64,000 nucleotides of DNA from Squalus acanthias (GCA_030390025.1 CM059431.1:113586001-113650000); one strand, 5' to 3'; positions 22,460 to 36,142 are shown, counted from the first letter of the stretch. Notes: generated from the sequence alone by a model not told the origin. Numbers and translations: made by a program.

Positions 22460-25040
22460 ACGTGACTAAGGTCAGAGCATGTGGAATCAGGGAACAAGTG
22501 GCAGAATGGATAGCAAGCTGTCTACAAAACAGAAACTAGGGATTAAGGGTAGCTACTCAAACTGGCAAAAGGCAGGAAGTGGTGTTCCACAGGCATCAGT
22601 ACTGGGACCACTGTCATTCACAATTTGCATAAACGATTTGGACTTGCGAAGTGGAAGTGCAATTTCAAAATTTGCGGACAACACCAAATTGGGTGATGTA
22701 GGGTGTTTTTGCGTGCCCCGTGTTTTTATGACTCTCCCTTGAGTCGACCCGTGCATTAAAACCTCCCCGGTTTGGGTTGTTTCTCTTGGACGGCAGGAGC
22801 TTTTGCCAATAGTCCCTGCCTAGCCCGTTGATTAGCGGGTAATCCCACAGAGAGAGGGAGACCAAGGCCAGATAGGTCTTCTCCTATGTCCAATGCACAG
22901 CGTCCCCAGCGGGATTACTGTGTAACCCGGCCGTGACCGGATGCCACCCGGTTGGTCTTCCGAATTATACCGCGAACCACAAGCCCCACAACCCCCAAGT
23001 TCGGACCCAAGGAGTTACTATGGATAGATTATAATTGACTCAGACGAAACGAAACGGTTCAGGTTGGTCAAAGATCGATTCCTTTTTATTACACTCACAA
23101 AACAACAATCCCTACTCCTCTTGCTTACGGTATAACGAGTAGGTGACCATGGACACTAGCTTATAACCTTAGACAAAAATACCCACCCTGTTGGTTACGC
23201 CTGAACCAACCCCTTCCCAGAATCTAAGCCTAGATAATGGAAAAACCCTTCTAACTAAACCCCTCTCCTGGTTTGGTCAGAACCCACACTTGGAAGCCTC
23301 CTCACCCACACACACGTGTTAGCCTGCGTCTTGGACACTTGCAGTTCCTCAGCAGCCAAACACGCGGGCGGTCCTGGGGATTTCTAGAGGTGTATGCTGG
23401 ATATAATTACCAGCCCTTGTCGTTGATTCACACGGTCCCGGGTCCGTTCGACTCCAGAGGCAAAACCATGCCTAACAGAGGCATGCGATGAGGCCTAGAG
23501 AGTTACTTTCAGGCAGTACAGGCGAGGCACTCACTTCGGGCGTTCCTGGAGAGTTGACGGACGCGTAGTTATGCGGAGAACCCCGTCCCAGATGGTAGAG
23601 AAAAGCAAGCCCTGAATCCCCAAAGTTCAGCATATTTATACCCCATATAATACACAAAATTGGCTGGGCGATTCCTGGTTACCATGGTCGCAGAGATGCT
23701 AATTGGTCTTCCTGGTGATGTCTCTGTCCTGGATTGGTCATCTTGATGAAAACAATGGTAGGCCATTACTGTAGATGAGCAGTTCTCGAAGTGCTAACTG
23801 TTTGTTAAGTTCTTGACTGCTCCTTCATTGAAAGAGTCCAGAGGTGTTACTTTTGGCCTGCAAACCTCATTGTCCATCCAGACATCCCGGCTCTATGGAC
23901 AAAAGGTGTTTTTCCACAAATCACACAAGTTCGAATATGAAAAGGCCCCTGCCTTTCATGACGTCAGCGTTGAGACTGGTCCCATGGCAACCCAAAAGAC
24001 AGACAGTTCCTGCTATCTTCACAGAAACCAACAGTCAGTCCTTTTTAAAGTCCAAAGTCCAAACTCTATTTTGAAATGCAGCCCAAGTGCGTCTCCATTT
24101 TAAAAGGGGTACATATCCATTTTAAAAGTCCAAAAATCCTTCAGGTACATGCACCCACTGATGTTGGCACCGGCCAAACCCTACAGTGATATAATTAATA
24201 CTGAGGAAGAATGCAGCAAAATACAAGAGGACATTAATAGACTTGCAGAATGGGCGTGTAGTTGGCAATGAAGAATAAGGAGGCCACATACAGCTTGGAT
24301 AGTAAGAGTCTAAATGGGGTAGAGGAGCAAAGTGATCTAGGGATACAGATACACAAATCACTAAAAGTAGTGACGCGGGTTAATAAGGCCATAAAAAAGC
24401 AAACCAAGCACTGGGGTTCATTTCCAGAGAGATAGAATTGAAAAGCAGAGAAGTTATGTTAAATTTGTCAAGAACCTTGTTCAGACCACACTTGGAGTAC
24501 TGTGCACAGTTCTGGTCTCCATATTATAAAAAGATATAGAGGCACTGGAGATAGTGCAAAAAAGATTCACAAGGATGATACCAGAACTGAGAGGATATAC
24601 TTAACAGGAAAGTCTGAACAGGCGGGGGGTCTTTTCTCTAGAAAAGAGAAGGCTGAGGGGTGACCTGATGGAGGTGTTTAAGATTATGAAAGAGTTCAAT
24701 AGGGTAGATGTAGAGAAAATGTATCCACTTGTGGGGGAGTCCAAAACTAGAGGTCATAAATATAAGATAGTCACTAATAAATCCAATAGGGAATTCAGGA
24801 GAAACACCTTTACACAGAGAGTGGTTAGAATGTGGAACTCGCTACCACAAGGAGTAGTTGAGGCAAAAAACGTAGATGCATTTGAGGGGAAGCTAGATAA
24901 ACACGAGAGAGAAAGGAATGGAAGGAAATGCTGATGGGGTTAGATGACGTAGGGTGGGAGGAGGCTCATGTGGATCATAATGAAGGCATAGACCAGGTGG
25001 GCTGAATGGTCTGTTTCCGTGCTGCAGACTCTATGTAATT
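22460..25040 (+). mobile_element. CR1 3' fragment interrupted by a solo LTR
   Basis: GVPQASVLGP...FADNTKLG lies before 22697. The CR1 C-terminus (TRGHKYKI, FTQRVVRMWNSLP) lies after 24189. Confidence 0.85.
22697..24185 (-). mobile_element. Solo LTR (1489 bp)
   Basis: TGTAGGG...CCCTACA inverted termini and a 4-bp TSD GTGA (22693-22696, 24186-24189). Minus-strand TATAAA near 23635-23640 and AATAAA near 23085-23090. Confidence 0.85.
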
Positions 25041-26199
25041 TACTAAAAAACTCCAATACAACACCTCCCAGATTGTTACAGCAGTTCTTTTGCAATAATG
25101 CAACAGGCAAATTTTTATTTGCTGAATCAGGTTTTAGACTGCTTCGGTAAACACATGTGAAACACAGAGCACAGCCCTTTCCTCATGATGTGAGAGGCTT
25201 TGTATTTATACATAAACACATTTTGAAGTCACGTAGTCACAGAAATTAACTGGAAATTACATTTGCCAACTGTAAACATCTTGTGAAAACAAATCTGTAC
25301 ACCTGACAAAGGAAATCTTTGGTCTGATATTCTTTTTCACCCTAACTGCCAAGGCATTAATCAGACCCAGCACATCCAGAGTGCGCTCCACCTGACATGA
25401 TCTGAACTCACCAGGTCATCTGTGTGGGCTTGATCTCCTCCATGGCACAGGCTCACCTCTTGGCGGGGGCCTATGCCCAGCATCACGGGTGGAAATCTGG
25501 CCACTTCTACAAGGCTGAGAGGCTTGCAGCATTGATAATGTCTAAAAAAAACAGCAGGCAGAAAGCCTCTAGCCCTGATGAGCCACTGGGGACCTGAAAA
25601 CAAAGGTGGTGCTTACCTTTGTCGCCCTACCTGGTCTTGCTGTCTACCTGTCTCAGACACTCCAACCTGCGAGGGACCAGGTGCTACCGCCAACTTGTTC
25701 TGCCACCCCTGCATTTGGGCACCCGCCTAATGTGTCTACAGGAAAATAAAGGGGAAGGCCCTCTTAGAGCACTCGCATCTCATTTATATGATTGTCCCAT
25801 GTTTGCATCTACTCCAAGTGCAAGCACTCCGTCCGCCTCGGGGATCCACAGATAGGCAGTTTATTCAAAAGCAATATGCGACAATGTATATCCCTTTCCA
25901 TTTGTTTACTAATTCTGCTCCTTCTGTAAAGAATGAATGCCTCTTAAATCATCCAGATCAAACTTAACATGCTGCAGACAGAAAAATGGCCATTATTTCC
26001 TTACAGAAAAATGTGGCAATGATGCACCAGACAGGCCAAGAAAATGTTGGCACATGGGGCTCAATGAGCGATATGCACTCTGTTTAATAAGCACAGTCCA
26101 TTAATCTCATTGGCCTATTTTTGGAGGTGACTCCTATATTTTTAAGAAGGATAGCTAAGCTTGCCAATCTTGTGTTATAAATTGCAATACAGCTGGAGA

Positions 26200-27549
26200 A
26201 ATTAATATAGATAAACATAGTGTTATGCACTTAAGTAGGGCTAATGCCAAACATGTTTATACTGTGTTGAGTTCTGAATTAAAGTCTGTTGAACAGGGAA
26301 GAGACCTAGGTGTTATAGTGCATGAGACTATACAGCTATACGACCAGTCCTTAGAGGCTATAGTGAAAGTAAATAGAGTATTAAGGGGGAAAAATTCAGT
26401 TGGTTGCGCCTCCTGTTAGCGCCTTAAGAGGGCGCTAATGGGGCGCAAAGCAACTAGCGCCCTGGGCGCGGCGATGTTTGCGCCGCTCGCGAAATTAACT
26501 AGACATTTTGCGGCGGCGCTAAACACTACCGCCACAATCTCCTGCACCGGCAGATCGTGACGTCAGTCGAGTGCACAACGCTCCGATAGCGCCCCAGAGC
26601 GGATATTGAGTGGCACCCCCTGCCTTACCGCCTGCCGCTAGCAACGACAGGTTGAGGGGAGCGTTTTGCAGTCAGGAAGGGACTGGGAGAGTGCTATTTA
26701 TAGGCGAACGCTTCCTGCCTTTTTTTGTTGGTGACATTTTTGCACCACGCATTCTGAGAGAGAGAGAGAGACTTCTGGGAAGATTCAACGCTGTGTGAAG
26801 GAGTTTTGGGTACTGAGCAGCACTTTGCAGGTTCATTTTGATTTGCCCTTCCTTGCATCTATTTAGAAGAGACTGTGGGGGCTGCACTCTGAGCTCTTTC
26901 CCTGGTTCTCTCCATTGTTCTTTCCAGCAGATTTGATGTACAGGTCTCTCCAGGCCGAGATTCAAGGCTGCAATGAGCAGGATGTGGATGGAGAGCAAGA
27001 TCAACTCTCCCCTTTAAGAACTGGCCGGCGCCATTGTGTCTCTGTTCCATTGCTGACTGACATCACATGAGTTTCGCCAGCGCTCTGAGGTAGCGCCTCG
27101 CTCTGAGGTCTTTGCGCCATAAGACAGGTGTGAAGCACTTGATTTAGCGCTCCAATCACCTCCAGGGGCGATAAAAGCCAAGTTTGCAGTCGGAAGCGAT
27201 AATTAGCGCCAGGCGCTAATCTTTGCGCCCAGCCGATAATTGCGTTGCCCAAATGGGGCGATACTGAATTTTCCCCCAAAGTGTCTAGCTAGGATTATCC
27301 AGTACAAAACAAAGAGCACCAAGGTGTCCTTGTACAAGACCTTGATTATTGCGTCCAGGTCTGGTCTCCTCACATAGTGGGACATATAGAGGCCCTGGAA
27401 AATGTTTAGAGAAGGGCCATTAGATTAATGCCAAGTTTAATAACCATTAGTTATCACAATAAGGTCAGGGAGTTGAGTCTTTTTACTCTAGAAAAGCAGA
27501 GACTTCGATGTGATTTGATGAAGGAACTAGACTATGTCTATGTGGACAG
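26200..27549 (+). mobile_element. Old CR1 fragment hosting a MITE and the Gypsy element, resuming at about 36004-36135
   Basis: EQGRDLGVIVH and LSLFTLEKQRLRCDL motifs. Confidence 0.65.
26385..27277. mobile_element. Harbinger-type MITE (family 1, copy 2)
   Basis: TIRs GGGGGAAAAATTCAG / CTGAATTTTCCCCC with flanks TAA / AAA. Colinear with 7153-8043. Confidence 0.85.
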
Positions 27550-27674
27550 TGTAATATACTTGGGTAAAACAAATGAAAGACAGAGACATGATGAGTTGCT
27601 AGTTCATGTGCTTGCTTTATCAGGCCAGAGCGAACTGAGCATGCTCATAACAAACCACATGATAATACATAATG
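27550..27674 (-). repeat. Gypsy 3' LTR, with the adjacent polypurine tract at about 27675-27690
   Basis: Direct repeat of 35875-35998. The minus strand reads aagggggaaagtag immediately inside it. Confidence 0.85.
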
Positions 27675-27719
27675 CTACTTTCCCCCTTAAAAAAAAGTGT
27701 ATGTATTCCACTCTCAAAT

Positions 27720-28795
27720 AAATTTGATCCAAAATTGGCTCAGTGGCAGGAAGCAAAGGGTAATGGTTAAGGGGAGGTTTTGCGACTGGAAGGCTGTTTC
27801 CAGTGGGGTTCCACAGGGCCCTTACTTTTTGTAGTATATATTAATGATTTAGACTTAAATGTAGGGGGCATGATAAAGAAATTTGCAGATGATACAAAAA
27901 TTGGCCGTGTGGTTGACAGTGAGGAGGAAAGCTTTAGACTGCAGGAAGATATCGATGAACTGGTCAGTTGGGCAGAAAAGTGGCGAATGGAATTCAATCC
28001 GGAAAAGTGTGAGGTAATTCATTTGGGCAGGGGCAACAAGGCAAGGGAATACACAATTAATGGGAGGATACTGAGAGGTGTGGAGGAACAGTGGGACCTT
28101 GGAGTGTATGTCCACAGATCCTTAAAGGTAGCAGGACAGGTTGATAAAGTAGTTAAAATGGCATATGGAATGCTTTCCTTTATTAGCCAAGGCATAGAAT
28201 ATAAGAGAAGGGAAGTTATGCTAGAACTGTATACAACACTGGTTAGGCCATAGCTTGAGTATTGCGTGCAGTTCTGGTCACCACATTAAAGGAAGGATGT
28301 GATTGCACGAGAGGGGGTGCAGAGGAAATTTATGAGGATGTTGCCAGGACTGGAAACCTTTAGCTATGAGGAAAGATTGGATAGGCTGGGGTTGTTTTCC
28401 TTGGAACAGAGGAGGCTGAGGGAAGATTTAATTGAGATGTATAAAATTATGAGGGGCCTATATAGAGTGGCTAGGAAGGACCTATTTCCCTTAGCAGAGG
28501 GATCAAGAACCAGGGGGCACAGATTTAAAATAGTTGGTAGAAGGATTAGAGGGGAGATGAGAAAAAAAATTTCATCCAGAGGGTCTGGAACTCACTGCCC
28601 GAAAGGGTGGTAGAGGCAGAAACCCTCGTTACATTTAAAAAGTACTTGGATGTGCACTTGAAGAGCTGTAACCTACAGGGCTACAGACCTAGTGCAGGAA
28701 AGTGGGATTAGGCTGGGTAGCTCTTTTCCGACTGGCACGGACACACAATGGGCCGAATGGCCTCCTTCTGTGTCGTAATTTTTCTATGATTCTAT
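27720..28795 (+). mobile_element. 5'-truncated CR1 nested in the Gypsy element
   Basis: YINDLD, FADDTKIG, DLGVYVH and RTRGHRFK motifs, plus a ttctatgattctat tail. Confidence 0.9.
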
Positions 28796-29558
28796 CCCTG
28801 GATGTTCAGTATGAAGTTCGGACATAATTCTATCTCTCAAAGAAATAGGTACCACCACTCTGTTTCCCCATTTGATACAACCTTGCTCACAAGACAATTC
28901 GATATGACGGTTATGGAATGGTTTCAATTCTGTGTTCATACACTGATCAGTCCATCCATTCAAGGTGTTTTCATACATTCTTTTCAGTACTGAGTCCTTT
29001 TGAGTCTCATCTGCAATCTCAGTTGCATTCATGGGAAACTCTTTGTCAACTGCACCTAGCGTGAAAATCTCATCTTCACTCCCAACACGAGTCCTCATGT
29101 GGCAACCTGGACAAGGCATCTGCGATTGCGTTTTGCTTTGAAGTGCGATATTCAATCGTGTAGTCATATTGTGACAACAACATTGCCCAACATTGCATTC
29201 TTGATGCGGCCATTGCAGGGATGGCAGATTTGGGCCCCAATATTGCTAGGAGTGGTTTGTGATCAGTTATCAGGGTAAACTTTCTGCCGATCAGGAACTG
29301 TTGGAATTTCTTGAATTCCAAACACTATGGCGAGTGCTGCCTTTTCAATTTGTGCAAAGTTTCTTTCACTCTTTGTGAAGGTTCGTGATGCGAACGCAAT
29401 TGGTTTGTCTTGGCCGTCATCCTTATGACATGTGGCTTATGACAACTCCCACACCGTAGCTGGAAGCATCACACAATACTAAGCTCATGCACTGTGTCGT
29501 AGTGCACAAGTAGAGCATCGCTGGTGAGACTTCTCTTACAAGCATCATTAGCTTCCTG

Positions 29559-30133
29559 CTCACGATGCGGTCTCCTCTACATTGGGGAGACCAAATGCAG
29601 ATTGGGTGACCGCTTTGCGGAACACCTCCGTTCAGTCCGTAAGGGTGACCCCGAGCTTCCAGTCGCCAGTCACTTTAATTCTCCGCTCCACTCCCACTCT
29701 GACCTCTCTGTCCTTGGCCTCTTACACTATTCCAATGAAGCTCAATGTAAGCTCGAGGAACAGCACCTCACCTTTCGATTAGGCACTTTACAGCCTTCTG
29801 GATTCAACATTGAGTTCAGCAATTTCGGACTATAACCCCTGCCCCCATTTTTCAGGCAGCTGTTGATGATTCTGCCATCTCCATTTGCAACATTTAATCT
29901 CTCCTGCCTCCTATCCTAGCACAAACTGTTCCTTCAGTTCCTTCCACCCCCTTTCCCTGCCTCTGCACCTGATTAAAACCTGTTACATCTCTAACCTTTT
30001 CCAGTTCTGATGAAGGGTCGCAGACCTGAATCGTTAACTCTGTTTCTCTCTCTACGGATATTGCCTGGCCTGCTGAATGCTTCCAGCATTTTCTGTTGTT
30101 ATTTCAGATTTCCAGCATCCGTAGTATTTTGCT
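29559..30133 (+). mobile_element. 5'-truncated Penelope-like element (family A): GIY-YIG endonuclease end plus pseudo-LTR
   Basis: RCGLLYIGETKCRLGDRFAEH...PVASHFN. Imperfect 15-bp TSD atcattagcttcctg / atcttaagcttcctg. Confidence 0.88.
30003..30039 (+). ncRNA. Hammerhead ribozyme copy with a core mutation (GAAAC to GAATC)
   Basis: AGTT-CTGATGA-A-GGGTC-GCA-GACCT-GAATCGT-T-AACT, homologous to 74-110. Confidence 0.6.
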
Positions 30134-31100
30134 ATCTTAAGCTTCCTGTTGTGCTTTCATCCACTTCCACTGGACATCCTCCTTGAGGAGCTCATGCAAT
30201 GGAGCTAACATGGTCGTTAACTCAGGTAAGAAACGTGTGTAGTACTGGACCATTCCAAGGAAAGATCCTAACTCAGACACGTTCCGTGGCTTTGGAGCAT
30301 TGATGACAGCATCAACCTTTTCCTTCACTGGTTGCAAGCCATTTGCATCAACTTTCAGACCAAGGTACACAACCTCGGGCTGCACAAAAGCACATTTGTT
30401 CCTTTTCAATTTGACATTGTGGGCATTCAACCTTTGAAGCACTATATCTAACACATCTAGATTTTCTTCCTCGCTGCTTGTTGCGATCAGTACATCATCT
30501 TGATTGCATAAGCAATTTGGAACTCCTTGCAAAATCTTAACCATCGTAGCCTGGAAGATTTTGGGGGAGGACTTTACACCATATGGCAGCTTGATGTATG
30601 AGTACAGTCCCTCGTGTGTGTTGATGGTGAGATACTGTTGACTCTCTTTGTCAACATTCAGCTGAGCATAAGTGTGCAACAGGTCAAGCTTAGAGAAAAC
30701 CTTTGACCCAGAGAGGGTAATGACCTTGCCTCACAATAGACAGGCTTCGTGTTGGACTTGATGCGGATATGCGCGTCATACCCAGTGATGCCCTCATAAT
30801 TGTCTATGAACATACTTTCGTAGTTGATCAGCATTGTGTCGAGTCGCTTCTTTGAAGCATCTAATCTGAAGAAGCTTTTCCAGTGTAGTTTTAACTTTCT
30901 CAACCAGCCTTTGCCCATGAGAGTTGGCCTGTTGTTGTAGCTCGCTACAATAATAGGCAGCCTTACTGACTGGCCATTGTGTTGAACTGTACATTCCATT
31001 TGTCCACATGTCTCTAGGATTTCTCCGGAGTAGGTTTTTAACTTTACGGTACTCTTTGTAAGTGGTACTTGATTAAACTTACTCTCATATGTGTCCTTTC

Positions 31101-34100
31101 TCATAGAGTCATTAACGGCACAGAAGGAAGCCATTCAGCCCATCAAGTCCGTGCCGACTCTCTGTGGAGCAATCCAGTCAGTCCCATTCCCCCACTCTAT
31201 CCCCGTAGCCCTGCAAATTTATTTCCCTCAAGTGCCTATCCAGTCTCACCACTCGCTGCGTAAAAAAGATTTTCCTCACATCCCCCCTGTATCTTTTGCC
31301 CAAAACCTTAAATCTGTGTCCCCTAGTCCTTGTACCATCAACTATTGGGAACATTCTTTCCCCGTCTAGCCTATCCAAACCAGTCATATTTTTGTACACC
31401 TCTATCAAATCACCCCTCAACCTCCTTTGCTCTAATGAAAACAAATCCAGCTTCTCCAACCTGTCCTTCTAGGTAAGATCCCCCATCCCCAGAACCGTTC
31501 TGGTAAATCTCCTCTGCACCCTCTCAAGGGCCTTTCACATCCTTCCTAAAGTGTGGTGACCAGAACTGGATGCAATACTCCAGTTGTGGCCTAACCAGCG
31601 CTTTATAAAGGTTCAGCATAACTTCTCAACTTTTGTACTCGATACCTCTATTTATGAAGCCCAAGATCCCATATGCTTTGCTAACCACTCTCTCAATATG
31701 TCCTGCCACCTTCAGGGACCTATGCACATTAACTCCCAGGTCACTCTTGCCCTGCACACTCTTTAAAACTGTGCCATTAAGTGTATATTGCCTCTCCCTG
31801 TTCCTTCTGCCAAAATGCATCACCTCACACTTCTCTGTATTAAATTCCATCTGCCACTTGTTGCCCATTCTGCTAGCCTTTCTATGTCCTGTTGCAGTCG
31901 ATTGGTGTCATCCTCACTGTTTGCCACACCCCCAAGTTTGGTGTCATCGGCAAATTTCGAAATTCTATTCTGTATTCCAATATCCAGGTCATTTATATAT
32001 ATCACAAAAAGCAGTGGCCCCAGCACTGACCCTTGGGGAACACCACTGTCTACCATCCTCCAGTCTGAAAAACAGCCATTTACCACAACTCGCTGTTTTC
32101 TATCCTTAAGGCAATTCCTTATCCAAGCTGCCATGGCCCACCTATTCCATGAGCCTCAATTTTGTTAACCAGCCTTCTATGTGGTTCTTTGTCAAATGCC
32201 TTCCTAAAATTCATGTAGACAACAACCATTGCATTCCCTTATCAATCCTCCATGTTACTTCGTCAAAAAATTCAATTAGATTAGTCAAACACGATCTGCC
32301 TTTTACAATTCCGTGTTGGCTCCTCTTAATTAGCTTAAATCTCTCCAAGTGCCCGTTAATATTTTCCTTGATTATTGTTTCTAAAATTTTACCCACCACT
32401 GATGTTAAACTGACCAGCCTGTAGTTACTAGGATTGTCCTTACATCCTTTCTTGAACAGTGGTGTCACATTTGCCACTTTCCAATCCTCAGGAACCTCCC
32501 GCTCATCTAGGGAAGATTGGAAAATTATGGCAAGCACTTCCGCTATCTCCTCCCCCAATTTCCTTAGCAACCTGGGATGTAAGCCATCTGGACCAGGCGA
32601 CTTATCCACTCTAAGCATACCCAGCCTTTCTGGTACATCCTTTCTATCAATTTTCACCCGTTCCATTGCTTCTACCTTTTCCACTTCTACCGATATTTTG
32701 TTAGCATCCACCTCCTTAGGAAACACCGGTACAAAGTACTCATTGAGTATTCTAGCCTTGCCCTGCCCCTCTAAGCATATATCACCTTCTTTGTCCCTAA
32801 TAGGTCCCAACCCGCCTCTTACTACCCGCTTACTGTTTACATGCCGGTAGAAGATTTTTGGGTTCCCTTTTATGTTAACCACCATTCTACTCTCATATTC
32901 TCTCTTTGCCAATCTTATTTTCATCTTCACTTCCCCTCTCAACTTAGTGTATTTGGTCTGGTTCTCCCTTGAAGAATTCACTTGACATTCATCATACACC
33001 CTCTTTTTTTGTTTCATTATCTTCTCTATCTCCATCATCATCCAAGGAGTCCTTGCTTTGGTACCCTTACCCTACCCTCTTGTTGGAATGTACCTAGCCT
33101 GTACTTGGAACATCTCCTCCTTAAAGATCACCCATTGTTCCATTACAGTTTTTCCTGTCAGCCTTTGGTTCCATTTTAACCTGACTAGATCCTTTCGCAT
33201 CCCATTGACGTTAGCCCTATTCCAGTTTAGACGTTCCACTCTAGATTTTTCCTTGCTCCTCTCCATTGCTAATCTAAATCTTATGATACGATGATCACTC
33301 GTACCCAAGTGTTCTCCCACAGACACTTGGTCGACCTGGCCCACTTCATTCCCCAGCACCAGATCCAGCAATGCCTCCTTCCTAGTTGGGCCAAGAACAT
33401 ACTGGTCAAGGAAATATTCCTGAACACATTTCAGAAATTCCTCCCCCTCCTTTCCCTTTACCCTAGCATTATCCCAATCGATATTTGGGTAATTAAAGTC
33501 CCCCAATATCACCACTCTATAGCTCTTGCATATCTCTGCGATTGCCCTGCAGATTTGCTCCTCTACCTCCCTCTCACTATTTAGAGGCCTATAGAATACC
33601 CCCAATAGCATGATCATACCCTTTTTGCTCCTCAACTCTAACCAAATGGATTGTGTCCTTGTCCCCTCAAAAACATCCTCCCTTTCCAACACTACAATGT
33701 CTTCCTTAATCAGCACTGCCACCCCATCTCCCTTTTTTCCTTCCCTATCTTTTCTGAACACCTTGTACCCTTGAATATTAAGTGCCCAGTCTTCACCGCT
33801 TTTAAGCCATATTTCTGTTATTGCCACAACATCTTATTGCCATACGGCTAATTGTGCTTGTAGCTCACCAACCTTATTCACCACACTTTGTACATGCATT
33901 CTAAACCCATTTTTGAAATTTTCGTAGTCTTTCTTTGTCTGCTCCTTTCTAAAATGGTACTACTTCCGTCTCTAATACTACTTTCTTCTCTAGTACTATC
34001 TAACACTCCCACTCTTTTATGCGCCTTATTCCTCCTTTCTACTCCTATATGCTGGTGCCGATCCCTCTGCTAAGCTAATTTAAACCCTCCCCAACAGCAC

Positions 34101-34585
34101 TAGCAAAGCTCCCCACGAGAATATTGGTCCCAGATCCATTGAGGTGTAACCTGTCTGGCTTGTACAGGTCCCACCTTCCCAGAAATGGTCCCAATGCCTC
34201 AGGAATATAAAGCCCTCCCTCCTGCACCATCTCTCCAGCCACGCATTCTTCTGTTCTATCCTCCTATTCCTGTACTCACTAGCACGTGGCACTGGGTGTA
34301 ATCCGGAGATAACTACCTTTGAGGTCCTGCTTTTTAATCTCTTTCCTAGCTCCCTATAGTCTGTCTGCAGGACCTCATCCCTCTTTCTGCCTATGTCGTT
34401 GGTACCGATATGGACAACGACCTCTGGCTGTTCACCCTCCCCCCTCAGAGTGTCCTGCAGCCGCTCAGTGACATCCTTGACCCTGGCACCAGGGAGGCAA
34501 CATACCATCCTGGAGTCATGCCTGCGTCCACAGAAACGCCTATCTGTTCCCCTAATTAATGAATCCCCTATCACTATTACTCTTC
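31101..34585 (-). mobile_element. CR1 LINE (partial ORF1 esterase plus ORF2) nested in the Gypsy protease region
   Basis: IVIGDSLIRG, ITEIWL, GDFNYP, GVPQGSVLGP and FADDTKL motifs. Confidence 0.9.
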
Positions 34586-34589
34586 CACG

Positions 34590-35617
34590 ATGATAGACTA
34601 GTCCGCCGCCATGTCGATGCACATATCAATATATTGCTTGTTGATCGAAAGTTTTGTACGGAAGTCTTTCTCACAACTGCTTGCGTTGCCGCTAGTGGCA
34701 TAGATACTGTAGATGCCTAGTCCTTCAACATCAGGTGTGCTCACTTCAATATTGTGAACTCTTCCCTTTTGTTGTCGCTGCTTTGCACTTCCACAGAATA
34801 GTGCTTACTTCCTGCTTTAGATCTAGCTCTGCAAGCTGTTGAAATATGGCCTTGCTTCTGGCAATGAAAACACTTTGCATTTCTGTATTGGCAGGACTGT
34901 GGTGAGTGATTTCCATTGCACCGATAATAATTCGCTGAACTGCTCTCACCGACATGCTTTTGACTCGGTCTTACAGCTTTAGGTTTGGCGCTGGCTTTGT
35001 GATTGTAGACCTCAGCTGCACTAGTCACTTGAGCTGGATGGAGTTCCCTAGTATTTTAGACGCCATCTCCATAGATAGGGCAATTTTGCATGCTATGTCA
35101 AATGTTAGGTTCGGAGTGTTCAGTAACTTGGACTGTGTGCGCTCATCCACCAGTCCACACACAAACTTATCTCGCAATGCACGATCCAAAAATATGCCGA
35201 AGTTACAATGCAAAGATAGGTTCTTAAGAGCTACAATGTACTCACTGATGGTTTCATTTTGATTTTGGTTTCTTGTACCAAACTTATAGCTCTCTGCTAT
35301 TTCTAATGGCTTTGGGTTGAAATGGTCCTCGAGTTTCTCGACAATGTCTTCAAACGACACATCCTTCGCTTTCCCTGGCGCGAGTAGGTTTATCAACATT
35401 TTGTAGACGTCTGGCCCAATCTCCGTTAGAAAAATTGCTTCCTTCTGTTCACGAATGACTTTATTTTGAGCTTGAACATTCCCATCTGCACCTTCGGTCT
35501 CAATAATGTTATTGGCGCTAAAAAAAAAATCTCCATCCACTCAATGTAAGAACTGAATGGTTCACGAGCTCGGTCATACATGCCGAGGCTTCCGATGAAT
35601 CCCATAGGTTTGGCCAT
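34590..35617 (-). pseudogene. Gypsy gag (two CCHC knuckles) and start of the protease
   Basis: LEDHFNPKP...RNQ...ETISEY...LRDKFVCGL, then YRCNGNHSPQSC and CFHCQKQGHISTAC. Confidence 0.88.
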
Positions 35618-35853
35618 GATTATCCCAATCCCATCGAACAGTGACTCAGCGCGCTACCTGTGTACCTGTGAGAATCAACGCTGCTGTTGCTGTGTATATA
35701 TACACGGCGAAGGCGAAGCACAGATGATTCTGCATGAGCATTAACCGTAAAACATCGCAAAAATTCTGTTTAGGAGTCACAAAATCACCTTAAACTTGTC
35801 CACTCGAAGGTTGAACACTGTGTCCTTCCATGATCCCTAAAAATGGCTTTTGG

Positions 35854-35871
35854 ATCCCATCCTCGTCGGCA
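35854..35871 (-). promoter_or_regulatory. Primer-binding site complementary to the tRNA-Ser(GCU) 3' end
   Basis: The plus strand atcccatcctcgtcggca matches the recalled vertebrate tRNA-Ser 3' end ATCCCATCCTCGTCGCCA with one mismatch, 3 nt from the LTR. Confidence 0.75.
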
Positions 35872-35874
35872 AAA

Positions 35875-35998
35875 TGTAATATATGTGGGTAGAACAAATG
35901 AAGGACAGAGGCAGATGAGTTGCTAGTCCATGTGCTTGCTTTATTAGGCCAGAGCGAACTGAGCATGCTCATACCAAACCATGTGTTAATACATTACA
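35875..35998 (-). repeat. Gypsy 5' LTR
   Basis: TGTAAT...ATTACA termini. Direct repeat of 27550-27674. Confidence 0.88.
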
Positions 35999-36142
35999 GA
36001 CAGATTATTTGAATTAGATAAATTTGGGAAAAGGATAGGATATGCATATAAGTTACGTAAGCATAAAGCTTGATTAGATGTCAGGAGGTGTCTCTTTTTA
36101 CAGAGGGGCATAAACCTTTGGAATAAGTTGCTTGCTTTTGCA

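Larger units (their letters stand above)
28796..31100 (-). pseudogene. Gypsy pol remnants: protease C-terminal part, RT, RNase H, integrase N-terminus
   Basis: LPYGVKSSPKIFQ and NQDDVLI (RT). FTLITDHKPLL and ADALSRLP (RNase H). WGNRVVVP...LHTEHPGI (IN zinc-binding start). The integrase core is absent. Confidence 0.88.
27550..35998 (-). mobile_element. Gypsy (Mag-like) LTR retrotransposon, degenerate, with three nested inserts
   Basis: Paired LTRs of about 124 bp, a 5-bp TSD GACAG (27545-27549, 35999-36003), a PBS, a PPT and the order gag-PR-RT-RH-IN. Confidence 0.92.
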
